From assembly GCA_039586365.1 (NCBI GenBank), contig JBDHKN010000103.1, positions 1 to 15,718 of the forward strand: a stretch of DNA of 15,718 nucleotides. Reading direction: 5' to 3'. Made by a program: the position numbers and the translations under genes. Each line of letters begins with the position of its first letter. Position 1 is the first letter of the stretch. Of this stretch, positions 8,539 through 15,718 are shown one piece after another. This stretch comes from Gemmatimonadota bacterium. GTDB taxonomy: Bacteria > Gemmatimonadota > Gemmatimonadetes > Gemmatimonadales > GWC2-71-9. The notes below the pieces were generated by a model. That model was not told the DNA's origin. It saw nothing but the letters and a program-made list of their open reading frames with translations, and did no database searches.

Positions 8539-8818
8539 AGCAAGAGGCGTGCCCCACTTGAGAGCGCCTAAAACGTTGTGCTCTATGAAGTTCCAAACCG
8601 AGTAGCAGGTGCTGCGCTGGGACCATGAGCGAACGCGCCAGCAATGCCCGGAATTACTCGGGAACCGGTGGCCTAAATACATGAACGAAAACGACTTACC
8701 GTGAGCAGCAGTGGCTATTCGTGGCACCAGGTGGCGGCCGCCAGCACGACACGATGACGCTCCAGGACAGCGGCCGCGGGGGCCCCACCCTAGCGCCGGT
8801 CAACGATTCACCGCGCGT

Positions 8819-8836
8819 AATATGCAGTCGCATATT
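8819..8836. promoter_or_regulatory. Palindromic operator-like site
   Basis: AATATGC-AGTC-GCATATT, a perfect 7-4-7 inverted repeat that is AT-rich in a GC-rich context. Confidence 0.45.
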
Positions 8837-8846
8837 GCAAAGTCGT

Positions 8847-9064
8847 TTGGCAGCTTGGCCCGGTGGTGTGGACAACTCCGGTGGCGGACCAAACCAGCTC
8901 GCGGCGGAGCGCACAGTCGGAAATCCACGGGGCAAACCGGGCGCCAGACGGCACGGGCCAGCGGCATGATCGGCCCGTCGTCTCTAGGTTGCCGGGTTGG
9001 TGCAGGCTCGATTGAATCACCAGATTGGAAACGGCGACCCCAGTAGCTCGGACCAAGCTGCCAA
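8847..9064. repeat. 218-bp element bounded by inverted repeats (candidate structured ncRNA or MITE)
   Basis: TTGGCAGCTTGG (8847-8858) and CCAAGCTGCCAA (9053-9064) form a perfect 12-bp IR, 15/16 when extended inward. Central hairpin at 8946-8983. Confidence 0.55.
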
Positions 9065-9271
9065 TCTGGTTGTGCCTGGAGGGCCAGCATTTCACGGAGT
9101 GTCAGCCGTACATACTTGCACTTGTATGCCCCTGGCGGGTCGGCTGCGGTGGTCCTATGATCTGAGAGCGGCGGTTCCGCCGTCCCGGTACCACGGGGGA
9201 ACTCACCGCCTTGGTTTCGCGCTGTACGGCAGCGAGGTGGAGTCACGCCCTTGGACTCTTGGGGGTGCCAC

Positions 9272-10537
9272 GTGAACGACGAAGACAAGACAAAGCAACA
9301 ACTCATCGACGACTTGACGTTTCTGCGCAAGCGTGTAGCTGAGTGGCAGGCGATCGAGCATGAAAGCCGACGTACCGAGCAGGCCCTCAAGGACAGCGAG
9401 GCGAGACTACGGCAGATCATCGATCTCGTCCCTCACATGATATTCGCGAAAGACTGGGAGGGCCGGTTTCTATTGGCCAACAAGGCCGTGGCTGAGGCCT
9501 ACGGGACCACAGTGGAAAACCTCACGGGCTCCAAGCACGCGGAGCACCACTCGGACGATCGTGAACTCCGCAGGATGCTCGAGGACGACCAAGAGGTCAT
9601 GCGTGAAGGGGTGCCGAAGTTCATCGCAGAGGAGAGCTTTGTAGATGCGCTCGGCAAGCAGCGATTCCTGCAGACCATCAAGATCCCGTATCGCATATCT
9701 GGCAAGGACGAGCCTGCTGTGTTGGGAGTGGCACTGGACATCACAGAGCGAAAGCGTGCCGAAGAGGAGAGGCGACGACTGGAAGCCCAGGTGAAGCAAG
9801 CCGAGAAGCGGGAGAGCCTCACAGTCTTGGCCGGCGGGTTAGCACACGACTTCAACGAACTTGTGACACGGATTCTGGACGTTGCCGCGACGGCACGGGC
9901 GGCACGGGCGCCGACAGCTGAGGGACGTGAGCTGCTCGAAAAAATCGAGTTGGCTGCCCGTCGTGCAGCCGATCTCACAAACCAGCTGTTGGTGTATGCT
10001 GGGCAGGTTCGCTTCGAGGTGTGCGCCTTGTTCCTCAACCACCTAGTGAAGGACATGGCGCACGTCCTGGAGATGATAATCTCGAAAAAGGCCACTCTCC
10101 AATACCACTTCGCGCCGGAGATGGCGTTAGTGATGGCTGACCCTGGGCAACTGCGACAGGTCGTAGTGAACCTGGTGACCAATGCGTCAGAGGCGCTCGG
10201 CGACAAAGGGGGAACTATCGACGTATCAACTGGTGTCGTGCAAGCCGACCGTACATTCCTCGCGGCCTCATATGTCGACGACGATTTGCCAGCAGGGAGC
10301 TACGCGTACTTGGAGGTTTCGGACAACGGCAGTGGGATCGATGCCGAGGAGCAGGCTAGGATATTCGATCCATTCTTCTCGCGGAAGTTCACCGGTGGCG
10401 GTTTGGGGCTCGCCGCCGTACTGGGTGTGGTTCGCGGGCACAAGGGTACCATCAAGATCGAGAGTGAATTGGGCAAGGGTACCAAGATCCGAATCCTGTT
10501 GCCTACACCCTCAAAGGTGCCCTTCAGTCAGGCCTGA
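9272..10537 (+). CDS. Cytoplasmic PAS-HisKA-HATPase sensor histidine kinase (CckA/NtrB-like, no receiver domain), 421 aa
   Basis: N-terminal DEDKTKQQLIDDL coil, PAS/PAC ending LDITERKRAEEE, H-box LAGGLAHDFN, N-box NLVTNA, G1 DNGSG, F-box FDPFF and G2 GGGLGL. Start set at GTG 9272. Confidence 0.92.
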   Translation: MNDEDKTKQQLIDDLTFLRKRVAEWQAIEHESRRTEQALKDSEARLRQIIDLVPHMIFAKDWEGRFLLANKAVAEAYGTTVENLTGSKHAEHHSDDRELRRMLEDDQEVMREGVPKFIAEESFVDALGKQRFLQTIKIPYRISGKDEPAVLGVALDITERKRAEEERRRLEAQVKQAEKRESLTVLAGGLAHDFNELVTRILDVAATARAARAPTAEGRELLEKIELAARRAADLTNQLLVYAGQVRFEVCALFLNHLVKDMAHVLEMIISKKATLQYHFAPEMALVMADPGQLRQVVVNLVTNASEALGDKGGTIDVSTGVVQADRTFLAASYVDDDLPAGSYAYLEVSDNGSGIDAEEQARIFDPFFSRKFTGGGLGLAAVLGVVRGHKGTIKIESELGKGTKIRILLPTPSKVPFSQA

Positions 10538-10567
10538 TCCTTCACAGGACAGGGAGCTTGGCGTTGT

Positions 10568-10861
10568 CTACGGAGGCGTTCCGTCCAACTCCTTGGGACC
10601 TCGCTTCCCACCTCCTTGGGTGAGAAACCGTTCCGCGAAGTCTACCCGCTCGTGCAGTTCACCCAGCTGTTCACGCAGTGACTGCATGTTGTCGTGCAGT
10701 GAGTAAAGGGATTCTTCGAGCCGCTCCATATCCCGTCGACCTGCGAGCTGCTGACGCTCGACCTTACTTCGCAACCACATTTTCATTCCGATCAAACCGA
10801 AGGTTCCCACTGCCAGGAGCGCAACCAACGGTGCAAAAGTCTCTATGACGTGCGGATCCAT
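10568..10861 (-). CDS. Small single-TM coiled-coil protein (PspB-like architecture), 97 aa
   Basis: RBS GGAGG, an N-terminal TM helix, and a heptad pattern ending LGELHERVDFAERFL. Confidence 0.8.
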   Translation of the reverse strand: MDPHVIETFAPLVALLAVGTFGLIGMKMWLRSKVERQQLAGRRDMERLEESLYSLHDNMQSLREQLGELHERVDFAERFLTQGGGKRGPKELDGTPP

Positions 10862-11003
10862 ACAGCCTCCAACAGAGCGATCTCTAAAGGTGTGTCCCTC
10901 TGTTTCTGTGATGAACTCGAGCCGCAGTTCCTGGCAAGTGGCTCATGCGAAGACCGGCATAGAGCTTCAAGTTACCGGATCTGCCAAGCACGGTAGGGAT
11001 CGA

Positions 11004-13823
11004 CTACGCGAACTCGACCTCCACGCACTCGATCGCATGTGCCCCTAGGACTATCACGAGTTCATCTTCTGACTTGGCCGGAAGTTCTTCCCCACGTTCT
11101 TCCAGCAGATCAGTTAGCCAAGCGCCTCCAATGGACCTCCCAAATACCAGCGTCTCCTCGACGGTCTCTGAAGTCAAGTTGTACACCCTCACCAGTAGTG
11201 TATCTCTCTCGTCATGCTGCTTGATGGCGCTGATGCAAGTTCGGCTCGTTGTCTGTTGCAGCAAGCCAGGCCTGCCGGGAACGTGCTGGTCCTCGACCCC
11301 CTGCACGGAAAGCACGGGAGTCCGGTATCGTTGCGCGATCCCTTTGACGTCGCTTGCGAGATAGTCCCCTGCAAATGGGAGTACAGCGTACTCGAAGCGA
11401 TGTTCTCGCAGGCACTGAGCATCTGGTGTTGGAAGGTGAGGGCCCGCGCCGGAGCATCTTCTAGTGGCAAAATCGTCACGCGACAGCCACCCGACCGCCC
11501 TGAACAGTGTGAGGGATAGTGTCACCTCACCTGAGCCCGACCGTTTGGCCTGGATCTCAGGTAGGCCCCGGTTCAAAATCGCCAATCCACTCCGCCCATC
11601 TTGCACGAGTGTGAAATCCTGCTGCGGATAGGTACCCGCTGGCGGCTGCCTCCAATCAGATCCAACGGGTTGCTCGATCGGTCGGTGGTTTACGTAGTAG
11701 TGGCCATCCGAGATGACTGTATCAGTCATGATCCCCGTGGGAAACTCGACACGCAACCGGTGATCTTTGGCCGCATTGTTGACGAGTGACTCAACTTCAA
11801 TGACTCTGCTTCCGCTTCCGAGCCCAACTCCGACCCGAACTCTACATGTGACAGAATCAGCCATGCGCCTCGATCTATTAGGCCCGATAGACCTGGGCAG
11901 GGACATATCGAACTCGCACTCAATCCTCCCGTAGAAGCCTTCATCGATTGTCCGCAACTCGCCGACACATTCGTCCGACGTGATGGTCTCAGAATAGGCG
12001 CACGGTGAATAGTCGTACTCATCTCCGATATCCTCGGTGTCCTCGATGCGGTTGAGGCCAAGAAACGTCTTCCGAGTCGCCTTGTCGAGCACGTCAAAAG
12101 TCCCGTTTTTGTGGACGCTCACACGGTAGTGCTCGTTCTCCAGTGAATTGCCACTCACCGTTACGCGATCTGCAGCAGCGCCAACACCTTTGCTTCGCCT
12201 CTGCTTGGTCTCGCAATCCTTATCCTCCCGCAGCAGATACTGTCTGTGCCCAACCGGAGGTAGATCTCGGGCAATGAACCGTATCAGGACGAGGCGATCA
12301 CGACACTCACTTGCATGATCGTTCTTGTGAATACGGCTACCGAAGTGGTCCTCATTGGCTTGGAACAAGCGGCGCTGGCTCTCACCAGACAATTCGGTGC
12401 GGTAGTCGAATCCCCAGAATCGGTCCATGTACGAAGTATCGACGATCTCCAAAGGTACCCTGCCACCCCGTTCATCAAACAAGCACAACCCGGTTGTATC
12501 GACGCCAGACGGATGTAGGACCAGGAGCCGTTCCACAACTTCTGTGCGACATACGGGTAGCGGATTCAGCACGCAGATCGAAGTGTGTATGTCATCCTGT
12601 TGCGAGCGGGCGAACGTCGGTGTCAGATACACGAGTGCATCGCGGAGTACTTGCTCGCCTGTGTCAACCACTCCCGCAAAACGAGGTACCATCTGTCGGT
12701 GAACTTCATCGGTGCTACAACCACAAATCGAATCGTGGGGATGATTCTGGAGTAGCAGTCTCCATGAGTGCTCGATCAAGCCTCGTGGGTACTCGCGCCC
12801 CAGGCAGAAGTGCATGTATGCGGCGATCGGCTCTACGTAGCTCGAGAGGAGAGTCTGGGCTCTGTCGTTCCACTGTTTGAGGTACATGCGGGACGACCAG
12901 ACCCCGGACAGTATGAAATGATGTCGCCCGCGTAGCAACTCCCCAGAGTACTCCATTTCAGCGTATCCCGCTCGCCTGACCGCACCTATGTACTCAGTCA
13001 GACTGGCGTGTGTGAACAAGGTGGTTGGGAATTCTCGGCGCAGTTCCGCCAGGATGCTGTCGAATTCCCTCTGTGGCGGAAAATGATCGCCGCCGTTGCT
13101 CAGCAGGTAGATGTCGCCGCGAGACAGTTTCCCCATCTCGACGAACAGCGCCCGTATCCGCTCCCGCGCCAACTGGAGGTCGATGCTTCTCTGGGTGTGG
13201 ACCTCCCACTCCTCGCCGTGTCCCAAGCCACCTGCGTTGCAGTAGCCGCCACATTGATTGATCGCCAGCACCTCGCTTCCGTCGGGAGCCCTCCAGCAGT
13301 ACTCATAGCCGAGCGACTCAATCTCGTCCCCGTTGCCACGGGTGTAGATGAACGAGTCTATTCCCACACCAGTCAGGATCTGAGGCATCTGCGCAATATG
13401 GCCGAATGAATCCGGCATGTAGCCGACCTTCTGCACACCACCGTACGCCTCCGCGATCTTGTGACCGAGCTGCAAGTTCCTGAGAGTTGATTCACCACTC
13501 ACCAGGAACTCATCAGGCAAGACGTACCATGGTCCGACCGAGAGCCCGCCCTGTACGACCTGACACCTGACCCGCGGGGCATCCTCCGGATGGATTTCGA
13601 GATAGTCCTCGAGTATGATCGACTGACCATCCAACAAGAAATGTCGGAACTCGGATTGCCGTTCCAGCAAATCGAGCACTTGTCCAACTACATGGATCAA
13701 CTTGGTGCGGAATTGATGGTACGTGAGATACCACTCTCTATCCCAGTGTGTGTGTGACACCACAAAAGCAATCCGTGGAGCGCTGATAGGACCTTTGCTC
13801 TCCTGCGACACGGTCTGCGTCAA
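11004..13823 (-). CDS. Glycoside hydrolase family 38 alpha-mannosidase (mannosylglycerate hydrolase MngB-like)
   Basis: SHTHWDREWY (Zn ligands), LDGQ, GPWY..DEFLVSGES, PDSFGH (nucleophile), NGGDH, QNHPHDSICGCSTDEVH, DHRLRVEFP and LFRAVGWL. TTG start with GAGG upstream; no signal peptide. Confidence 0.92.
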   Translation of the reverse strand: MTQTVSQESKGPISAPRIAFVVSHTHWDREWYLTYHQFRTKLIHVVGQVLDLLERQSEFRHFLLDGQSIILEDYLEIHPEDAPRVRCQVVQGGLSVGPWYVLPDEFLVSGESTLRNLQLGHKIAEAYGGVQKVGYMPDSFGHIAQMPQILTGVGIDSFIYTRGNGDEIESLGYEYCWRAPDGSEVLAINQCGGYCNAGGLGHGEEWEVHTQRSIDLQLARERIRALFVEMGKLSRGDIYLLSNGGDHFPPQREFDSILAELRREFPTTLFTHASLTEYIGAVRRAGYAEMEYSGELLRGRHHFILSGVWSSRMYLKQWNDRAQTLLSSYVEPIAAYMHFCLGREYPRGLIEHSWRLLLQNHPHDSICGCSTDEVHRQMVPRFAGVVDTGEQVLRDALVYLTPTFARSQQDDIHTSICVLNPLPVCRTEVVERLLVLHPSGVDTTGLCLFDERGGRVPLEIVDTSYMDRFWGFDYRTELSGESQRRLFQANEDHFGSRIHKNDHASECRDRLVLIRFIARDLPPVGHRQYLLREDKDCETKQRRSKGVGAAADRVTVSGNSLENEHYRVSVHKNGTFDVLDKATRKTFLGLNRIEDTEDIGDEYDYSPCAYSETITSDECVGELRTIDEGFYGRIECEFDMSLPRSIGPNRSRRMADSVTCRVRVGVGLGSGSRVIEVESLVNNAAKDHRLRVEFPTGIMTDTVISDGHYYVNHRPIEQPVGSDWRQPPAGTYPQQDFTLVQDGRSGLAILNRGLPEIQAKRSGSGEVTLSLTLFRAVGWLSRDDFATRRCSGAGPHLPTPDAQCLREHRFEYAVLPFAGDYLASDVKGIAQRYRTPVLSVQGVEDQHVPGRPGLLQQTTSRTCISAIKQHDERDTLLVRVYNLTSETVEETLVFGRSIGGAWLTDLLEERGEELPAKSEDELVIVLGAHAIECVEVEFA

Positions 13824-13939
13824 CTAGATCCTCACTTTGGCGGCGACCAGAGATTCCCCAGCATGAAGGTATGAGATGGACCACTACCACCACAAGAAGA
13901 TACCCGAGTGGCCACACGGATCTGGCAACACCTATCTTC

Positions 13940-13968
13940 TTGCGCTCTGACAACTGCTCCGTTAGCGT
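13940..13968 (+). promoter_or_regulatory. Putative sigma70 promoter for mscS
   Basis: TTGCGC-N17-TAGCGT, 72 nt upstream of the ATG at 14041. Confidence 0.4.
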
Positions 13969-14040
13969 TTCCACCGCATGGGATCGGGAGCGGAATCCAG
14001 TCCGCTGTCTATCTGCCAATTCTTGGAAGAGGTGGGTGCA

Positions 14041-14874
14041 ATGAATGGAATTGATCTGGAACAGACCCTAACGGTTCTGGTCAACCTGGCGACGGCTTGG
14101 GGCCTCAAGCTGATCGGTGCCATAGCTATCCTACTGATCGGGCGCTGGATCGCCGGGTGGACTCGCCGACTAGTCAGAAGGGTGATGACCAGGGGCGACT
14201 TGGATGCCACTCTGGTACCGTTTGTTGCAGGGATGGTCTACTACCTGATCTTGGCCTTTGTCGCGGTAGCTGCGTTGGGTATGGTCGGTGTCCAGACTGC
14301 ATCCATGGTCGCAGTGCTTGGGGCCGCAGGACTTGCCGTGGGTTTAGCTCTCCAGGGTACCCTGTCCAATTTCGCTGCAGGAGTGATGCTGTTGATCTTT
14401 CGGCCGTTTCGGGTGGGTGACTACATCGAGGCCGGAGGGACCGCTGGTACAGTTAGTTCGGTCGGGCTCTTTGCTACGACACTCAACACACCCGACAACG
14501 TTCGGATCGTAGTCCCCAATGGCACGGTATATGGCAACACCATCAAGAACTATGCAGCCAACGAGACGCGACGTAATGACATGGTGGTGGGCATCTCATA
14601 CGACGATGACATAGGGCAGGCCATCGATGCAGTTCGCAAGGTTCTTCGAGACGATCCGCGGGTGCTGACGGATCCTGCACCCGTCGTGGCCGTGAGCGGA
14701 CTGGGAGACTCGTCTGTCGATATAGTAGTCAGGCCCTGGTGCAAGAAGGAAGACTACTGGGACCTGCGGTTCCACCTGATGCAGGCCCTCAAAGAGCAGC
14801 TAGAGGCGGCGGGCTGCTCAATCCCATATCCGCAACGGGACGTACACTTGTTCCAGGCACCGTCGGCCGCGTAA
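14041..14874 (+). CDS. mscS: Small-conductance mechanosensitive channel, 277 aa
   Basis: Three TMs with TM3 VLGAAGLAVGLALQGTLSNFAAG, then RPFRVGDYI, VPN, VGISYDDD and IPYPQRDVH. Start ATG 14041 behind GAGGTG. Confidence 0.95.
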   Translation: MNGIDLEQTLTVLVNLATAWGLKLIGAIAILLIGRWIAGWTRRLVRRVMTRGDLDATLVPFVAGMVYYLILAFVAVAALGMVGVQTASMVAVLGAAGLAVGLALQGTLSNFAAGVMLLIFRPFRVGDYIEAGGTAGTVSSVGLFATTLNTPDNVRIVVPNGTVYGNTIKNYAANETRRNDMVVGISYDDDIGQAIDAVRKVLRDDPRVLTDPAPVVAVSGLGDSSVDIVVRPWCKKEDYWDLRFHLMQALKEQLEAAGCSIPYPQRDVHLFQAPSAA

Positions 14875-14978
14875 GCGCGACCGGCGGCTCCTGGCAGGCG
14901 CTTTCGTGAAGCTGTTCTCGTGCACTCCTCGGGTCGACCGTTTGTCAACCTCATACTTCCTGTTACGTTTTGGACATC

Positions 14979-15686
14979 ATGACATCAGTACTGATCGCTG
15001 TCGCGGAACCTCTCATCCAGATCGGGATTCGCGTGACACTTGAGGAAGCCCCGGACTTTGAGGTCGCAGGCATTGTGTCTGAGGGAAGTGAAGTGCCCGC
15101 TGCAGTTGCCGATCTGCAGCCGGACATCTTGCTACTGGATTCCCACTTTCAGCAACGCGATGACCGTCTGGTATCGCAAATCGTGGAGGACCACCCTGAG
15201 TGCAAGTTGTTGGTGTTAGTCGATCACACCGACGACGCATGTACCCTACGATTCCTCCTCTCCGTCCGAGGTGAGCACCGACCCACGGAGGACGCCCTCA
15301 AAGTCATGAGAGAATGCTGCTTACTCGCGCTGAGGCAATCGGCACGCGGCTGCCTTCCCAAGCAGTCTGGGCCTGATCGGCTCCTGACGGCACTCAGAGC
15401 GGTCGCCGCTGGGGAAGTCTGGGTGGGCCCGGCTCTGGCAGAACACTGGCTGGAATGGTGGCGGGACAAGAGTCCCCGGGGATCGGGTTCGGACAATAGA
15501 CTGACCGCCCGGGAAATCGAGGTGATCGGGCTGGTCGCCGATGGCCTGAGCAACCGCGAGATAGGGACGGGCTTGGGAGTCCAGGAGCAGACGGTCAAGA
15601 ACCACGTTGCCCGCATCATGGACAAGCTCAAGGTTCGCAACAGGGTCGAGTTGGCTCTCAAGGCGGTGCGCGACAACATCGCCTAG
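14979..15686 (+). CDS. NarL/LuxR-family response regulator with an atypical receiver domain
   Basis: REC-like N-terminus (PDILLLD, GCLPK, ALRAVAAGE) and a LuxR HTH (LTAREIEVI..GLSNREI..TVKNHVARIMDKL..NRVEL). Start is ATG 14979 or TTG 14970. Confidence 0.92.
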   Translation: MTSVLIAVAEPLIQIGIRVTLEEAPDFEVAGIVSEGSEVPAAVADLQPDILLLDSHFQQRDDRLVSQIVEDHPECKLLVLVDHTDDACTLRFLLSVRGEHRPTEDALKVMRECCLLALRQSARGCLPKQSGPDRLLTALRAVAAGEVWVGPALAEHWLEWWRDKSPRGSGSDNRLTAREIEVIGLVADGLSNREIGTGLGVQEQTVKNHVARIMDKLKVRNRVELALKAVRDNIA

Positions 15687-15718
15687 TGATCCGAGTCAGC
15701 ACACACCATTCGGAGTAC

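Noticed and set aside
8810..8840. dif (XerCD) site
   Set aside because: The left arm loosely resembles a XerC arm, but there is no TTATGTTAAAT-like XerD arm after a 6-bp spacer.
8926..8998. c-di-GMP-I riboswitch (GGGCAAACC start)
   Set aside because: It lacks the GNRA-capped P2 and the following GACGCAAAG/P3 elements.
8931..9002. attC integron recombination site (AAC...GTT hairpin with a bulge)
   Set aside because: The R boxes are not complementary and do not fit RYYYAAC/GTTRRRY. There is no integrase or cassette array.
8452..9271. oriC, or small ORFs in the gap (8711-9046, 8721-8969, 8808-9095, 8997-9275, 8800-9420)
   Set aside because: There is no AT-rich DUE and no replication genes nearby. 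The ORFs are Arg/Pro/Gly-rich, overlap each other, and lack an RBS or recognisable domain.
177..15679. Long antisense or alternative-frame ORFs (e.g. 3037-3630, 6393-7076, 9499-10206, 12311-12880, 15224-15679)
   Set aside because: They are shadows of well-supported genes, as expected in GC-rich DNA.
1..15718. CRISPR array, tRNA/rRNA, transposase, prophage or defence genes
   Set aside because: No repeat-spacer series, tRNA arms, rRNA signatures or matching protein motifs were seen.

Overview
A bacterial chromosomal window of roughly 60% GC. The gene set resembles Gemmatimonadota, but that is an inference. It has 13 supportable protein-coding genes: a secreted DUF4159-type protein running off the left edge (missed by the ORF track), an NADPH-dependent FMN reductase, a HAD-IIA hydrolase, a secreted S9 peptidase, a tandem universal stress protein, an alpha/beta esterase, homocysteine S-methyltransferase (mmuM), a PAS-PAS-linker-4TM protein with no output domain, a divergent PAS histidine kinase with no receiver, a small TM/coiled-coil protein, a GH38 alpha-mannosidase (MngB-like), MscS, and an atypical NarL/LuxR regulator with a Cys-rich insertion. 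I found no tRNA, rRNA, CRISPR array, integrase or transposase. The most interesting part is the ~820-bp gap (8452-9271) between the two divergent PAS genes. It holds a 218-bp element bounded by a perfect 12-bp inverted repeat with a long central hairpin (candidate ncRNA or MITE), a competing 10-bp inverted repeat, DnaA-box matches and two operator-like palindromes. All motif and structure calls were made by eye; no database search or folding was run.
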